A DNA stretch of 64,000 nt, from contig CAWBMP010000004.1 of the NCBI GenBank assembly GCA_963790025.1, positions 32,001 to 96,000 on the forward strand, written 5' to 3'. The position numbers and the translations under genes are program-made. Below are positions 38,168 to 48,752 of the stretch, piece by piece (the first letter of the stretch is position 1; each line of letters opens with the position of its first letter). The notes beneath the pieces are model-generated. The model did not search any database and had not been told where the DNA came from. It saw nothing but the letters and a program-made list of their open reading frames with translations. The stretch is from Nitrospirota bacterium (GTDB lineage Bacteria; Nitrospirota; Thermodesulfovibrionia; Thermodesulfovibrionales; Dissulfurispiraceae).

Positions 38168-38226
38168 GTAATGAAGGATATGTCTCTTCCGTCTCAGACG
38201 CTACAGAGACACATCCTTCAATACAC
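38168..38226 (-). repeat. Ends-only derivative of the 15514-15693 element
   Basis: gtaatgaaggatatgtctct identical to 15515-15534; reverse complement reads gtctctgtagcg|tctgagacggaagagac. Confidence 0.75.
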
Positions 38227-38246
38227 TTCATGGATTGCAGATAAAG

Positions 38247-39038
38247 TTATTTGTAAACTAAAATCTTATCTCTTTTTTGAAGCCCGAATTCTTTCGCTGC
38301 ATGCCCGTTTTTAACAAATAACTCAAGATGACCTGAGCTGTTCACGAGGCAGCTAAGACTGTTTTCTTCGGTCTGAGCATAATACTGTACAGGCTGAATA
38401 ATAACATTGTTGACCTCAACATTATATCCATTGCCCATCGATGTAAGATCATCACTTCTAATGCTGGTTATGGCGTTGCCAAAACCGTCTATATAAATAA
38501 CTTCTCCGGAGATGCCACTGCGCGCAACTTGGGCACATGCAACAGGAAGCAAAACGAAATCTTTGGCAGGCGACCCTAATTTACGTGGTTCCAGCCCTTT
38601 TGACAGCCAGGCAGCAACAGGCGCAAACATATCCCTGCCTTGGAATGTGGGGCTCTTTGCTGAAACCATGTATTTTTCTTCATATATATGATGCACGGAA
38701 AAAGAAACGGAGTCTCCTTTTCTGTTGAGTATATAAGAAAACACTCCATTATCAGGCCCTATAAAATAGTGGCCTTCTGCCTCGATAATAAGGGCTTTCC
38801 GTCTGGAACCTACGCCTGGGTCCACTACACCTATATGTATAGTTCCCGAAGGGAAATAGCTGAAACTCGATCCGATAATGTATGCGGCCTCATCAATATC
38901 CTGAGGCTGTATCGAATGGGTCATGTCAACAATTGCCGCGTCTCGATTTATCGATAAGATAACACCCTTCATTTGGGCAACGAAGGGGTCTTTACAGCCA
39001 AAATCAGTAGTGAGTGTTATTATTCGATTATCGCTCAT
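38247..39038 (-). CDS. SAM hydroxide adenosyltransferase / chlorinase-fluorinase family (DUF62)
   Basis: [33 protein letters not shown]. Confidence 0.92.
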   Translation of the reverse strand: MSDNRIITLTTDFGCKDPFVAQMKGVILSINRDAAIVDMTHSIQPQDIDEAAYIIGSSFSYFPSGTIHIGVVDPGVGSRRKALIIEAEGHYFIGPDNGVFSYILNRKGDSVSFSVHHIYEEKYMVSAKSPTFQGRDMFAPVAAWLSKGLEPRKLGSPAKDFVLLPVACAQVARSGISGEVIYIDGFGNAITSIRSDDLTSMGNGYNVEVNNVIIQPVQYYAQTEENSLSCLVNSSGHLELFVKNGHAAKEFGLQKRDKILVYK

Positions 39039-39991
39039 TCACCCCTTTTCTCATTCACTCTGAGGCTTCCGATAAGGTCATTAATATCGGCAATGTTTTC
39101 TTCTAGCATGAACCGTTCTATTCCGTCTATTATCTCAAGTGCAGCAGTGGGATTGACGAAATTGGCAGTCCCTACGGCAACCGCTCCGGCGCCGGCAATC
39201 AAAAACTCCAACGCATCCCGGGCCGTCATGATACCTCCCATTCCAATAACCGGGATGCGGACCGCCTTGTGTGTCTCCCATACCATCCGAACGGCAATAG
39301 GTCTTATGGCCGGACCGGAAAGCCCTCCGGTATTATTTGCGAGTACGGGTCTTCGCTTCCTTATGTCCACGACCATGCCTGTGATAGTGTTCATGACAGA
39401 CAAAGCATCCGCGCCGGCATTTTCTGCCACCTTTGCCATCCAGCCGATATCTGTAACATTAGGGGAGAGCTTAACAATCAAGGGCAGATCGGTGGCCTTC
39501 CTCACTTCCGTGATAACATGGTCCATTGTCCCGGGATCAGTGCCGAACACAATCCATCCTTCCTGCTTATTGGGGCAGGATATATTCATCTCAAGGGCTT
39601 GGACACCTTCCGCTTTACTCAATTCGCCGGCAGCCTTGACATATTCCTCTACTGAATCTCCGAAAAAATTTACAATCACCGGCGTATCGAATTGCTTCAG
39701 GAAAGGGAGTTTATCTTTTATAAATGCCTTGACGCCGATATTCTGAAGACCTATGGCATTTAGCATGCCGGCAGGCGTCTCGACAATCCGGGGCGTCGGA
39801 TTTCCTTCACGGGGTGTTATCGAGAGTCCCTTTACTACGATGGCCCCGAGCCTGTTCAAGTCGAAATACTCCGCATACTCCTCACCATAACCGAATGTCC
39901 CCGACGCAGTCATAACAGGGTTTTTCAGTTTCAGAGAGGCAACGTTTACGGATAACCCGGGACTGCCCGGATGGTCTGTTACATTTACCAT
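39035..39991 (-). CDS. pyrD: Dihydroorotate dehydrogenase 1B catalytic subunit
   Basis: [31 protein letters not shown]. Confidence 0.95.
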   Translation of the reverse strand: MVNVTDHPGSPGLSVNVASLKLKNPVMTASGTFGYGEEYAEYFDLNRLGAIVVKGLSITPREGNPTPRIVETPAGMLNAIGLQNIGVKAFIKDKLPFLKQFDTPVIVNFFGDSVEEYVKAAGELSKAEGVQALEMNISCPNKQEGWIVFGTDPGTMDHVITEVRKATDLPLIVKLSPNVTDIGWMAKVAENAGADALSVMNTITGMVVDIRKRRPVLANNTGGLSGPAIRPIAVRMVWETHKAVRIPVIGMGGIMTARDALEFLIAGAGAVAVGTANFVNPTAALEIIDGIERFMLEENIADINDLIGSLRVNEKRGE

Positions 39992-40788
39992 ACAATATCC
40001 TCGATGTTAAAGACGGGACCTTCTTTACAGACCCGTTTTTGTCCGTTAACAGTCTTCACCATGCATCCAAGGCACGCCCCTATGCCGCATGCCATATGCT
40101 CTTCCATGGATGCATAGCAGGACAGCCCGGCAGCGCGCGTAATCTCGGACAGTGCTTTCAACATGGGAACCGGTCCGCATGCGTATATCTGTGATCGGTG
40201 ATACGTGCCGGGTGAAGCGGCGAGAAAATCTTTAACTGCATGGGTAATCCATCCTTTTTGTCCATCGGACCCGTCATCAGTCGTTATGAATATTTCCTTT
40301 GCCAATTCCCTGATCTCCTCCAGCATGACCAGTTCGTCAGTGTTCAAGGCGCCGTAAAACAAATAAGCCCGCTGCCTGTATTTTCTTATAAACGGAATCA
40401 GTGAGGCTATTCCTATCCCGCCGGCAACAGCGATAAAGTCTCCATCAGGCTCCGGGTAGCTGTTCCCGAGGGGTCCGATAACCTGGACCACATCACCTTC
40501 CCTGAGCTGTGAAAGCGACAAAGTCCCTTTTCCCCGGACCCGGTAAAGAAAACTCAAGCGGTCCTGTTGGGCACTGTAGATACTGAACGGCCTTTTAAGA
40601 AGAGGATCATAAGCGGTCCCTGTCTGCAGCATATAGAACTGGCCGGGTTCTGCTATAACGCTTTCAGATAACGGCCGCAACGTCAGCAGTTTGAAAGAAA
40701 GGTTAGAGGTCAGAGGTTGGAGGTTCTCACATCTTTTTATGTGGGTGTTGCCAACAATTTCAGCATTAAAAAACCTGGGGCTAGACAA
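39985..40788 (-). CDS. pyrK: Dihydroorotate dehydrogenase electron-transfer subunit
   Basis: [24 protein letters not shown]...VCKEGPVF. Confidence 0.94.
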   Translation of the reverse strand: MSSPRFFNAEIVGNTHIKRCENLQPLTSNLSFKLLTLRPLSESVIAEPGQFYMLQTGTAYDPLLKRPFSIYSAQQDRLSFLYRVRGKGTLSLSQLREGDVVQVIGPLGNSYPEPDGDFIAVAGGIGIASLIPFIRKYRQRAYLFYGALNTDELVMLEEIRELAKEIFITTDDGSDGQKGWITHAVKDFLAASPGTYHRSQIYACGPVPMLKALSEITRAAGLSCYASMEEHMACGIGACLGCMVKTVNGQKRVCKEGPVFNIEDIVW

Positions 40789-41254
40789 AACTGATCTCTA
40801 CAATCTCATACTCAATTTTACGCGCAGGAGCCTTGACCACAGCAATATCGCCCACCTCTTTGCCGATTAGCGCCCTTCCTACAGGAGAACTTATGGATAT
40901 TTTGCCGCCTTTGACGTCCGCCTCGTCAGGACCCACAAGAATAAACTCATACTCTTCGTCGGCCTCTATATCAAGCACTTTCACTCTTGCGCCAAAGGCC
41001 ACAGTAGATTGGCTTATCTTTGAGGTATCAATAACATCTGCCATTGCGAGCTTCCCCTGAAGTTCCTGAATCCGCCCTTCAATAAATGACTGCCGTTCCT
41101 TGGCAGCATGGTACTCTGCGTTCTCGGACAAGTCACCGTGCGCCCGCGCTTCAGCTATAGCCTTGATGTTCCTCGGCCTGTCTTCTTTCAACAATCTGTC
41201 AAGCTCTTCCTTCATCTTTTGGTGTCCATCAGGTGTCATCGGCACGCGGCTCAT
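40781..41254 (-). CDS. greA: Transcription elongation factor GreA
   Basis: HGDLSENAEYHAAK, SPVGRALIG; start MSRVPMT. Confidence 0.96.
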   Translation of the reverse strand: MSRVPMTPDGHQKMKEELDRLLKEDRPRNIKAIAEARAHGDLSENAEYHAAKERQSFIEGRIQELQGKLAMADVIDTSKISQSTVAFGARVKVLDIEADEEYEFILVGPDEADVKGGKISISSPVGRALIGKEVGDIAVVKAPARKIEYEIVEISFV

Positions 41255-41392
41255 GTATCGGTGTTCCCTCCTTAGCAATGCAATAATGATTGTAATATAT
41301 AGGGCAGACAAATGAATAGTATGATTTAAGATAACATGTTTAGAGAGTTTTTTCAAAAAAGGAGGTGAATCAAAATGTTAGTTGCATCTGCT

Positions 41393-41419
41393 CTGGATTC
41401 CAGTCCGCGCGGGAATAAC
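41393..41419. repeat. Degenerate REP-like half element (GGATTCC...GCGGGAATRAC type)
   Basis: ctggattccagtccgcgcgggaataac; similar to 51925-51949. Confidence 0.55.
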
Positions 41420-41448
41420 GGCTTTTTACCCAGCCGCCAAAATTTATT

Positions 41449-41874
41449 TCACGTTTTGTTAGGCAGCGAAGGCAGCGGGGTTTTAAACGAATACTTGTCA
41501 TCATCGAGAAGGACCTGCGCTGCCTTGAGATTAGCGCTATTCATAACAAGCGGACCCCTCAGGTTGACCGTAATAGTCTGATTTGTAACAGTTAGAATGG
41601 ATAGTATCACCAAATCTTTCGGTTCCTTGATCTCCAGGAACGACTCAATATCATCCTTGATATCCAAGGAATAATCCGGGAACATATTGAATGGATTGAT
41701 CACTATAAAAGCCACATCCGGATCATCCACGGCATGGAGCCATTGTATGGGGTCTTTGTAGTCTATCAGCACATAACGTTTTAAGTCGGTAAATCCAGGA
41801 ATTCCCACTGGGAAAATAATAATTTTTTTCTCGTCAATTTCAATTTCACCGAATCTTGTTGTGCTGATTTTCAC
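41449..41874 (-). CDS. fliW: Flagellar assembly factor FliW
   Basis: TTRFGEIE, FPxGIPGF, TVNLRGP. Confidence 0.93.
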   Translation of the reverse strand: MKISTTRFGEIEIDEKKIIIFPVGIPGFTDLKRYVLIDYKDPIQWLHAVDDPDVAFIVINPFNMFPDYSLDIKDDIESFLEIKEPKDLVILSILTVTNQTITVNLRGPLVMNSANLKAAQVLLDDDKYSFKTPLPSLPNKT

Positions 41875-41888
41875 TTTTACCTCACTTA

Positions 41889-41992
41889 TGCGTTATATCC
41901 TACTCCGTTCAGCGCTAAAAAATCAACATCATGAAATCTTTCAATAACTTTTCGTTCTTACGCTGAACGCACAACGCAGTACGCTGTACGTT
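41889..41992. repeat. Palindromic heptamer micro-repeat (CAGCGT / ACGCTG type)
   Basis: ccgttcagcgct ... tacgctgaacgcacaacgcagtacgctgtacg. Confidence 0.6.
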
Positions 41993-42224
41993 ATTTTTCT
42001 TTCATCCCCAGAAAATCCCTCAGCTTGTCCATGTCAGCTTCGACCGATTCTTTATTTAATTGTTTAAGCTTCTCGTATAGTTCCTCACGGTATATCGGCA
42101 GGTCTCTCGGGGCCTCGATGCCGATCTTGACAACGCCGTTGCTTAAGTCGACAATCTTGATCCGTATATTGTCGCCAATCTTAATAATCTGCCCCGTCTT
42201 TCTGCTAAGAACAAGCATTCCCAC
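41991..42224 (-). CDS. csrA: Carbon storage regulator CsrA
   Basis: MLVLSRK...IGD...KIGIEAP...IYREE; next to fliW. Confidence 0.95.
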   Translation of the reverse strand: MGMLVLSRKTGQIIKIGDNIRIKIVDLSNGVVKIGIEAPRDLPIYREELYEKLKQLNKESVEADMDKLRDFLGMKEK

Positions 42225-42237
42225 CTCATTTCAAAAA

Positions 42238-45009
42238 TTAAAACTTTAAGAAATCAAATAGACTTTGATTTAAAACCTGCGATGAAATAGTCCGAAGTGC
42301 TGTAAGCGCCGCTTGTCGCTGCGTCAGATCGGTACTGACTTTGGCAATGTCCGTATCATCGGCATTCGATAAAAAAGTCTGTATATTAGTTGAAGTGTTA
42401 GTCTGATAAGTGGTTTCCGCAGTTAGTTCATTCTCCCTGGCCCCGACTAACGCCTGATTTTGGGAAACAATATCGGTCAAATCGTCCATGTATTTTATAG
42501 ACTGTCCGATACGCCCGCTATCATTGTTCAGAAGGGATTGGTTTTCGAAATTCAGCGCCCTGAGAACGTATTTATCATTGAGATAGTTGTTATTGAAACT
42601 GTAGTAGTTGGCCAATACAGAATTGTCGCTTTGAACAGATCCCCCGCCCGCCGCTATCCCGGAGTTGATTGTCATGGCGGGACTAAATCCTAATAGCTGT
42701 GCTGTTGTTGTATTCAAACTGTTCCATTGAAAAGTGACAGCCACACCTGTCGCATTAGTTTGAGCAATCTTGAATTTCATAGCATTGGGGTCGAAGGTAA
42801 CTGAATATGCGTTAGTATTGGCCCCATCAGGGTTAGCAGCACTATTAAGGGCATTTTGTATTGCCACAGCCAGTTGGTCCCTAGTATATGTACCGCGGGC
42901 AATGGCAACGGGCTGGGACGCAAACCCGGTTTCCTCCACAACGATTTTGTTATTTGCAATCCCGCCGGAAGTACCATCGCCTATTACTATACTATCGTTT
43001 GCCCCTGTCTGGGTAATATAATTGTAGTTTGTGATGTTTGTTCCCAGTGTCATATTTTGCGCCGTACTTTGATCATATGATAGCATATTAACGCCTGCAG
43101 CGGGCGGGCCTGATGAATCCGGAGCAAACCCGAACTGCTGCGGCTCGGCAGTGCCGCTGCCCGTGCCGGTCCACAAAATATTTACATTGTCTGTTGCATG
43201 ATTGTTCGTAATGGTCAAAGTGTTGTTTGCGTTCGCGGTAACGGTAAAGTTATTGCCGAATGCCGTCCCATTCAAGGCAGCCGCGACTTGCGGGGCAAGC
43301 TGGGCAACGGTATACGTGCCTGCCGCTATCGCCGGGGTCGTGTAGTTGACGCCGGTAGTCGCATCATTAAAGCCTATAGTAGTGCCTGCGCCGATAACAA
43401 CCGAGGGTGAGACAAGCCCCCCGGTCAGGGTGCCGCCACTTGATAATATGGTGCTCTCCGCTAGGCTTGGAGACGCCAAAACCTTGATATCGATGCTGGC
43501 CGAACTCCCGGCGGGGTCAGATGCAACAATGAGCCTGAAATCGGGGGTTATCGTTGTCCCTTCATTTACGACTTTCGCTTTTACGCCCAAGCCTGTAGTG
43601 TTTAATGCATCACTGACGTCTTGCAGGGTAGAGCCGGCAGCGAGATTTACATCACCAAGCACGTTATCGCTTGTAATGCCTGTAGTACTTAAATTTTGAG
43701 AAGCCGCTGAATCAAACCCGATTATATTCCTGGCGGTTGATTTGGAAAGATCGATGCTGTGCCCAGAACCGGCAATAGTGAATTTATGAGCCGCCCCACT
43801 ATAATTGAACGTCACCCCTGAAACCAAATTGGAAAGGGCCGCAGCAAGGCCCACTCCAGTATAAACATTGCTTGCTATGGTATATTGAGCACCATCAATA
43901 TTGATCTCATTATTTGAACTGTTGATAACAAACCCTCCGGTTGATGTCGTGCTGTTCGACCCGACATTAACCGATAAGGCGCCGCCATTTTGAGTAAAAA
44001 TATTATCGGACGCCGTAAAATTGCCGATCGTATTATCACTTTCAATATATCCGCTTGCCCCAATTGTCTGAGGGCCATTTGAGGTAAATCCAAGAGTTTG
44101 CTCTGCCTGCAGCGTTGTCGATTCCCAGTGTATTGTGGTCCCGGGGGCGGCGGTCATCTTAATTTTATTGGTAGCGGCATCATATGAAAATGTTACTCCT
44201 GATGCGGGTACGCTGGTATCATTATTAAGTTGTGTTGCCAGGGCCGCGGCGCTGGAATATGCTCCGGGAGTCAGGTTGTAAGTGTTGGCGCCTATTGTAA
44301 TTTTATCTCCTTGATTAATAGTATATATAGGAGCAGACGGCACAGTTGTCTCTAACGCAGATACAGGATCAGCATCAGGAATCGTATTGGCCCCGCCATT
44401 TGCCCAATTGTAGGCAGGCAGAATGCCAACTGCCGAATCCGTAGTATTCACACGCTGGAAGCTGAACAGGCTGCTTGCCGCAATATTGGTAGTGATATTA
44501 ATGCCGTTGGCTATGCCGACATTGACTGAATTATTATCGGAAACAGACTCGCCGGTGGTCGGATCTATGGGGTTTGTAGTCGACTTATATCCCGCGAAAA
44601 TGTACTTTCCGTCTACCTGCGTATTGGCAGTGCTGACAGCAGTGTCAAACAGTTGCTGGACCTGGTCCGATATCATGAGTCGCGTATTGGCGTTTTGCGT
44701 GCCGTTCGCTCCATTTATCGCAAGTGTGTTCGCACTGGCAAGGGTCTGGTTCAAGCCTGAGAGTGCCGTGTCCAGGGATTGTAAAGGGGACTTTGCGTCG
44801 GTCATCGCCTGCTGGTACTGTGCGATTTCGGATATTTGCGTCTGGTAGTCGACAACTTTCGTAAGTGCGGAAGGATCATCTGAAGGAAGACTGAGTCTTT
44901 TGCCGCTCGCAATCTGATCGGTATCCGTCAGTTCAGCCTGCAGGTTCTGCTGCAACCCGGTAAGAAATTGCTGATAAAATAATTGTGAAGTTATCGTCAT
45001 CATGCTCAT
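42238..45009 (-). CDS. flgL: Hook-filament junction protein FlgL, greatly enlarged (923 aa)
   Basis: ASGKRLxxPSDDP, GKYIFAG, VGAREN, SLFDFL; follows flgK. Confidence 0.9.
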   Translation of the reverse strand: MSMMTITSQLFYQQFLTGLQQNLQAELTDTDQIASGKRLSLPSDDPSALTKVVDYQTQISEIAQYQQAMTDAKSPLQSLDTALSGLNQTLASANTLAINGANGTQNANTRLMISDQVQQLFDTAVSTANTQVDGKYIFAGYKSTTNPIDPTTGESVSDNNSVNVGIANGINITTNIAASSLFSFQRVNTTDSAVGILPAYNWANGGANTIPDADPVSALETTVPSAPIYTINQGDKITIGANTYNLTPGAYSSAAALATQLNNDTSVPASGVTFSYDAATNKIKMTAAPGTTIHWESTTLQAEQTLGFTSNGPQTIGASGYIESDNTIGNFTASDNIFTQNGGALSVNVGSNSTTSTGGFVINSSNNEINIDGAQYTIASNVYTGVGLAAALSNLVSGVTFNYSGAAHKFTIAGSGHSIDLSKSTARNIIGFDSAASQNLSTTGITSDNVLGDVNLAAGSTLQDVSDALNTTGLGVKAKVVNEGTTITPDFRLIVASDPAGSSASIDIKVLASPSLAESTILSSGGTLTGGLVSPSVVIGAGTTIGFNDATTGVNYTTPAIAAGTYTVAQLAPQVAAALNGTAFGNNFTVTANANNTLTITNNHATDNVNILWTGTGSGTAEPQQFGFAPDSSGPPAAGVNMLSYDQSTAQNMTLGTNITNYNYITQTGANDSIVIGDGTSGGIANNKIVVEETGFASQPVAIARGTYTRDQLAVAIQNALNSAANPDGANTNAYSVTFDPNAMKFKIAQTNATGVAVTFQWNSLNTTTAQLLGFSPAMTINSGIAAGGGSVQSDNSVLANYYSFNNNYLNDKYVLRALNFENQSLLNNDSGRIGQSIKYMDDLTDIVSQNQALVGARENELTAETTYQTNTSTNIQTFLSNADDTDIAKVSTDLTQRQAALTALRTISSQVLNQSLFDFLKF

Positions 45010-47960
45010 GCCCCCCCGCTTCCAGGCTGCACTATCTGGAGAAGCGTTGTTAGAAGAGTGTTTGCAACCGTTATCATCTGGGCCGAGGCCTGATATAATT
45101 TCTGATACATTACCAGATTGGCAGCCTCGGTATCCAGGCTTACGCCCGAGACTTCAGATTGCCTTTGTGTAAGCTGGTCCACCAAATTACTCTCATATTT
45201 CTGGTTGTTATTTGCAGATGCAGAATCGACGCCCACATTAGAAACCAGGCTCATATAGAAATCGACCGGCGTTGTGCCGCCAAAAAAAGTTCCGCTTGCC
45301 AGGTTGGCAATGTTTGTCGCATTTCTGTTGTCGCCGGGGACGCCCTGGTTCGCGCTCAAGAGAACGGAGGCAGGGTTATCGCTCACAGCGGAGTCTCCGA
45401 CATTCGTTATTGTCGGCGAACTGCCGTTGCTGAAACCAAATAAAGACGCTGCCGTCGAGTTGCCCCATTGGAATTGAATCGGATCGGTTCCGTTAGTCTT
45501 AATGATCTTGAACTGTTTTGTATTCGGGTTGAATACAACGTTGACTGTATCAGGCAGCGTGCTTCCGGTGGCATTAGTATATGCTGTTTGGATCGCGGTC
45601 GACAATGCCGCAGATATATCATCCGTTGCACCGGCAGTGGGATCATTTGTATAAGAGCCCGTTGGAATGGTGGCGGTCACCTGCGTAGCAACGCCCCCAA
45701 CAGTTGCAGTGAAAGATACACTATTATTTGTGCTGTTGACAGCCCACATATCGGTAGAGGCCGCGACTTTATTAGGAGCGTCAATGACTGTCTTGATATC
45801 GCTCGCAGCATTTGGGTCCAACTGCACGTCGAAGGTTTCTCCGTTGGGGTTTATATTACTGCCTATCCCATTGCCGTCTATCTGGACCTTGATCCCTTCG
45901 AACTCAAGCGTTCTGGTGAAATATCCCGAAGAAGAAGGACTGGACTGATTATAGTCAGGGGTCAAATTGACCTCTGATTCGTTAATAGTCGCGGGGTTGG
46001 AAGAAACATAACTTGCATTTGGATCAAGCGTTGTCCAGGTGCTGCCATCCGTCGATTTCTGGACACGCCAAAAAATTGTGGAAACGCCTGCAGCAGTCGA
46101 AGGAGGATTGACTTCCGGCTGATATGCGCCGTAAGCAGCTGAGCTGGTCTGGCTGCCGCCTCCCGAAATACTTAGACTGCCTGAAGGAAAACCGAACATC
46201 TCCGGCGTTGCAGTACTGCCGGCCAGAAACATTTGCGCAGCGCCTCCTGTATTAGCGATAACAAATTGACCCGAGGCATTATATTTAGTGCCGGCGCCGT
46301 TTAGATTGGCATCTCCAGCCGCAGTTAAAGCCGCCTTCAAAGCCGTCACCAGACCGCTGGCGGAATAACTTCCTGCAGCGATGGTTGCGGTCTTATTGGC
46401 CCCCCCATCATTAAAAACTATAGTACTATTGGTTGAATTGATTACAAAGGCGTTGGGAACATTGCCGAAATTTGCAACTGCTGTGTCAACATAGTCAACC
46501 TTATATTGGGCCTGGCTATCAAGGCTGTTCACATTAGTAACGCTTACTGATGACAATTCAGTGCTGGCGCCTCCAGCTGAGCTGTTAAGGCTATTGGCAA
46601 GCAAATTGAGCCCCTCTCCTGCAACATCAGTAGTACTGACCCCGATCCTCACTTGTCCCAGATTCCCGTCCGGGTTTGACTTGATGCTTATCCTGTAATC
46701 ATGGGTCCCTGTGGGATCCAGATCAACCACTGACGCCGTCACTTTCGAGCCCGCTACTGAATTAATATCATTTACCACGTCATTAAGCGTCGCCCCGGCC
46801 GCCACATTAAACGTTGCAGGTGTCGTATCATTGTCCCCCAGCTTAATAGTTAACTGACCGCCATTTTTTGTAAATTGAAGCGTCGGCGACGTGAAAACAC
46901 CATTAGCGTTACTGCCGTCAGAGGTACCTGAACCGAGGGAGTTGGAGTTATACCGTGCCTGAGCAGTTAGTAGTTGAAAGAAATTACCTCCCTGCATGCC
47001 GTTGAGATCGTATCCCTGCTTCTGATAGTAATTGGTCGTGTCGGCAAGATCTATCGCAAAAGCATTCAGCTGATTAAGATAGGATGGTATTTGGGTATCT
47101 CTCAAGTCATAATTGGCTTTGAGCTGGCCGCCTGTGACCGAAGAAGTAACATCAGGATTCTCGGCGCTGCCTTGGGTCGCGCCTGGTATAAGGTCTACAT
47201 AAAAATGCATATTGTTAGCTGTGTCAGAGTTAACACTCAATTGATACGTATTTGTGCCTTGAACAAGGGAGGCGCCGCCGATCATGACCGTAAGATTTCC
47301 AGCATTATCACTAAAAGTTGAAACTTTTATAATCGAATTCAGATTCTGCACAAGGGTGTCGCGCTGGTCCTGAAGATCCAGTGCTCCGGGGCTTGCTGCA
47401 ATCTCTGCATTTAAATTCGCAATTTGAGCGGTATCGGAATTCACTTGAGTGGCAAGTGACTGGCTGTCTGACAACAATTGGGTCCTCTCGTTTTGGAGCG
47501 AAGCAGAAGCCGAGTTCAAACGGGAACTGAGATTATTTGCATCCGTAAGAAGAGTTGCACGCTGCGCATCGTCCACTGGACTTTGCGCAACATTCTGCCA
47601 GTCAGAAAAAAATGTCGTTATGACAGGGCTTATGCCGGTAGTGGATGTCTCGTTAAAAACATTTTCGACCGGTGCGATGCCTGTCTGATAATTGTTCCAG
47701 TAAGAAAGGTTTGAATTCTCAGTGTTGAGCTGCGAAGCTACAAATGAGTTATAAGCCCTTTGTATATCAGTGATCTGGACCCCGTTGCCGGAAGTTCCTG
47801 TTGAGGTTATTAAAGCTGAGGGGATGGCCTGCACAGTCGCTTCCTGACAGGAATAGCCAGGGGTATTTTGATTGGCGATATTATGTGCCGTAATGTTAAG
47901 TAACTGGGTTGTACTTTGTAGCCCGGTCAAGCCGATATTGAACAAACTGGAAATAGACAT
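45006..47960 (-). CDS. flgK: Hook-filament junction protein FlgK, greatly enlarged (984 aa)
   Basis: HNIANQNTPGYS, GNGV, LQDQRD, GDNRNA, SGVSLDTE...YQASAQ. Confidence 0.92.
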   Translation of the reverse strand: MSISSLFNIGLTGLQSTTQLLNITAHNIANQNTPGYSCQEATVQAIPSALITSTGTSGNGVQITDIQRAYNSFVASQLNTENSNLSYWNNYQTGIAPVENVFNETSTTGISPVITTFFSDWQNVAQSPVDDAQRATLLTDANNLSSRLNSASASLQNERTQLLSDSQSLATQVNSDTAQIANLNAEIAASPGALDLQDQRDTLVQNLNSIIKVSTFSDNAGNLTVMIGGASLVQGTNTYQLSVNSDTANNMHFYVDLIPGATQGSAENPDVTSSVTGGQLKANYDLRDTQIPSYLNQLNAFAIDLADTTNYYQKQGYDLNGMQGGNFFQLLTAQARYNSNSLGSGTSDGSNANGVFTSPTLQFTKNGGQLTIKLGDNDTTPATFNVAAGATLNDVVNDINSVAGSKVTASVVDLDPTGTHDYRISIKSNPDGNLGQVRIGVSTTDVAGEGLNLLANSLNSSAGGASTELSSVSVTNVNSLDSQAQYKVDYVDTAVANFGNVPNAFVINSTNSTIVFNDGGANKTATIAAGSYSASGLVTALKAALTAAGDANLNGAGTKYNASGQFVIANTGGAAQMFLAGSTATPEMFGFPSGSLSISGGGSQTSSAAYGAYQPEVNPPSTAAGVSTIFWRVQKSTDGSTWTTLDPNASYVSSNPATINESEVNLTPDYNQSSPSSSGYFTRTLEFEGIKVQIDGNGIGSNINPNGETFDVQLDPNAASDIKTVIDAPNKVAASTDMWAVNSTNNSVSFTATVGGVATQVTATIPTGSYTNDPTAGATDDISAALSTAIQTAYTNATGSTLPDTVNVVFNPNTKQFKIIKTNGTDPIQFQWGNSTAASLFGFSNGSSPTITNVGDSAVSDNPASVLLSANQGVPGDNRNATNIANLASGTFFGGTTPVDFYMSLVSNVGVDSASANNNQKYESNLVDQLTQRQSEVSGVSLDTEAANLVMYQKLYQASAQMITVANTLLTTLLQIVQPGSGGA

Positions 47961-48404
47961 TTACACCTCCAGTGATACTCTCTGACGCGCGGTTACACCA
48001 AAAGTGTTAAGGAAGTTGTAAGAGGTTCTGATGTAATAAAGCGATTTTTCAATTAATTTACCGTTAAGTTTATTGAGTTCAGTGATGCTCTGAATAACCG
48101 ACGTAAATTTCGATGCAATATCACTAAGCCGTTGTTTGTAATCATCAGCTGCAACTGCCGCAACCTGTGATATCGTCTTTTCTTTGAAACCGAGGTGATT
48201 GAGCAATCTTTCACGCGCTTCTTCGCACATCCTTATGTTGGATGTCACTGTGTCCTTGTCAGAAAGCAGTTCTTCAAGCGCTAACATATCAAGACTAACA
48301 ATGACATCCTTTTCCTTCTGCATAAGTCCAACAAGTTGAACGCAAAGAGAAAATTCTTTTTCCAGGACATCAATAAGTTCTTCATATAATTGAATCAATG
48401 ACAA
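47961..48404 (-). CDS. flgN: Flagellar chaperone FlgN (TTG start uncertain)
   Basis: Helical protein with LNxxNxxLI motif between flgM and flgK. Confidence 0.8.
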   Translation of the reverse strand: MSLIQLYEELIDVLEKEFSLCVQLVGLMQKEKDVIVSLDMLALEELLSDKDTVTSNIRMCEEARERLLNHLGFKEKTISQVAAVAADDYKQRLSDIASKFTSVIQSITELNKLNGKLIEKSLYYIRTSYNFLNTFGVTARQRVSLEV

Positions 48405-48681
48405 CCTCCTTTAACATCTTTCCGGCTACAGTTTCGCCTCTGACATTGTAAGTACCTGTATTTATTGCATTTTGTACGTCATTCACACGGTCCGGCCTAA
48501 TGTCCGGGAGTTTACTCACTTCGGCCTGCAGTCTCCCTATTTCCCTCGCCTGACCGGAAACCGAAACCTGGTCCTGAGGCATAATCTCGCTGCTATTACC
48601 CGATGCTTTTTCCTTCGTCTTATCAGGTAGTTGCATGCCTGCACCTGCAATATCAACACTGTCTGTAATCCTCATTTCCAT
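48382..48681 (-). CDS. flgM: Anti-sigma28 factor FlgM
   Basis: DQVSVS, PDIRPDRV...INTGTYNV...VAGKM. Confidence 0.9.
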   Translation of the reverse strand: MEMRITDSVDIAGAGMQLPDKTKEKASGNSSEIMPQDQVSVSGQAREIGRLQAEVSKLPDIRPDRVNDVQNAINTGTYNVRGETVAGKMLKEVVIDSII

Positions 48682-48725
48682 TACCCCCCAATATTTTGTC
48701 GTATCTATATACGTATACGCTTACT

Positions 48726-48752
48726 ATATCGGGGAATTTACTAAAATATTAA
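48726..48752 (-). promoter_or_regulatory. Possible sigma28 promoter for flgM
   Basis: TTAA-15-CCCGATAT on the minus strand. Confidence 0.5.

Noticed and set aside
41360..41581. Plus-strand 68-aa ORF with a strong SD (aggaggtga)
   Set aside because: It runs through a REP-like half and antisense into fliW, with no recognisable protein features; not excluded without expression data.
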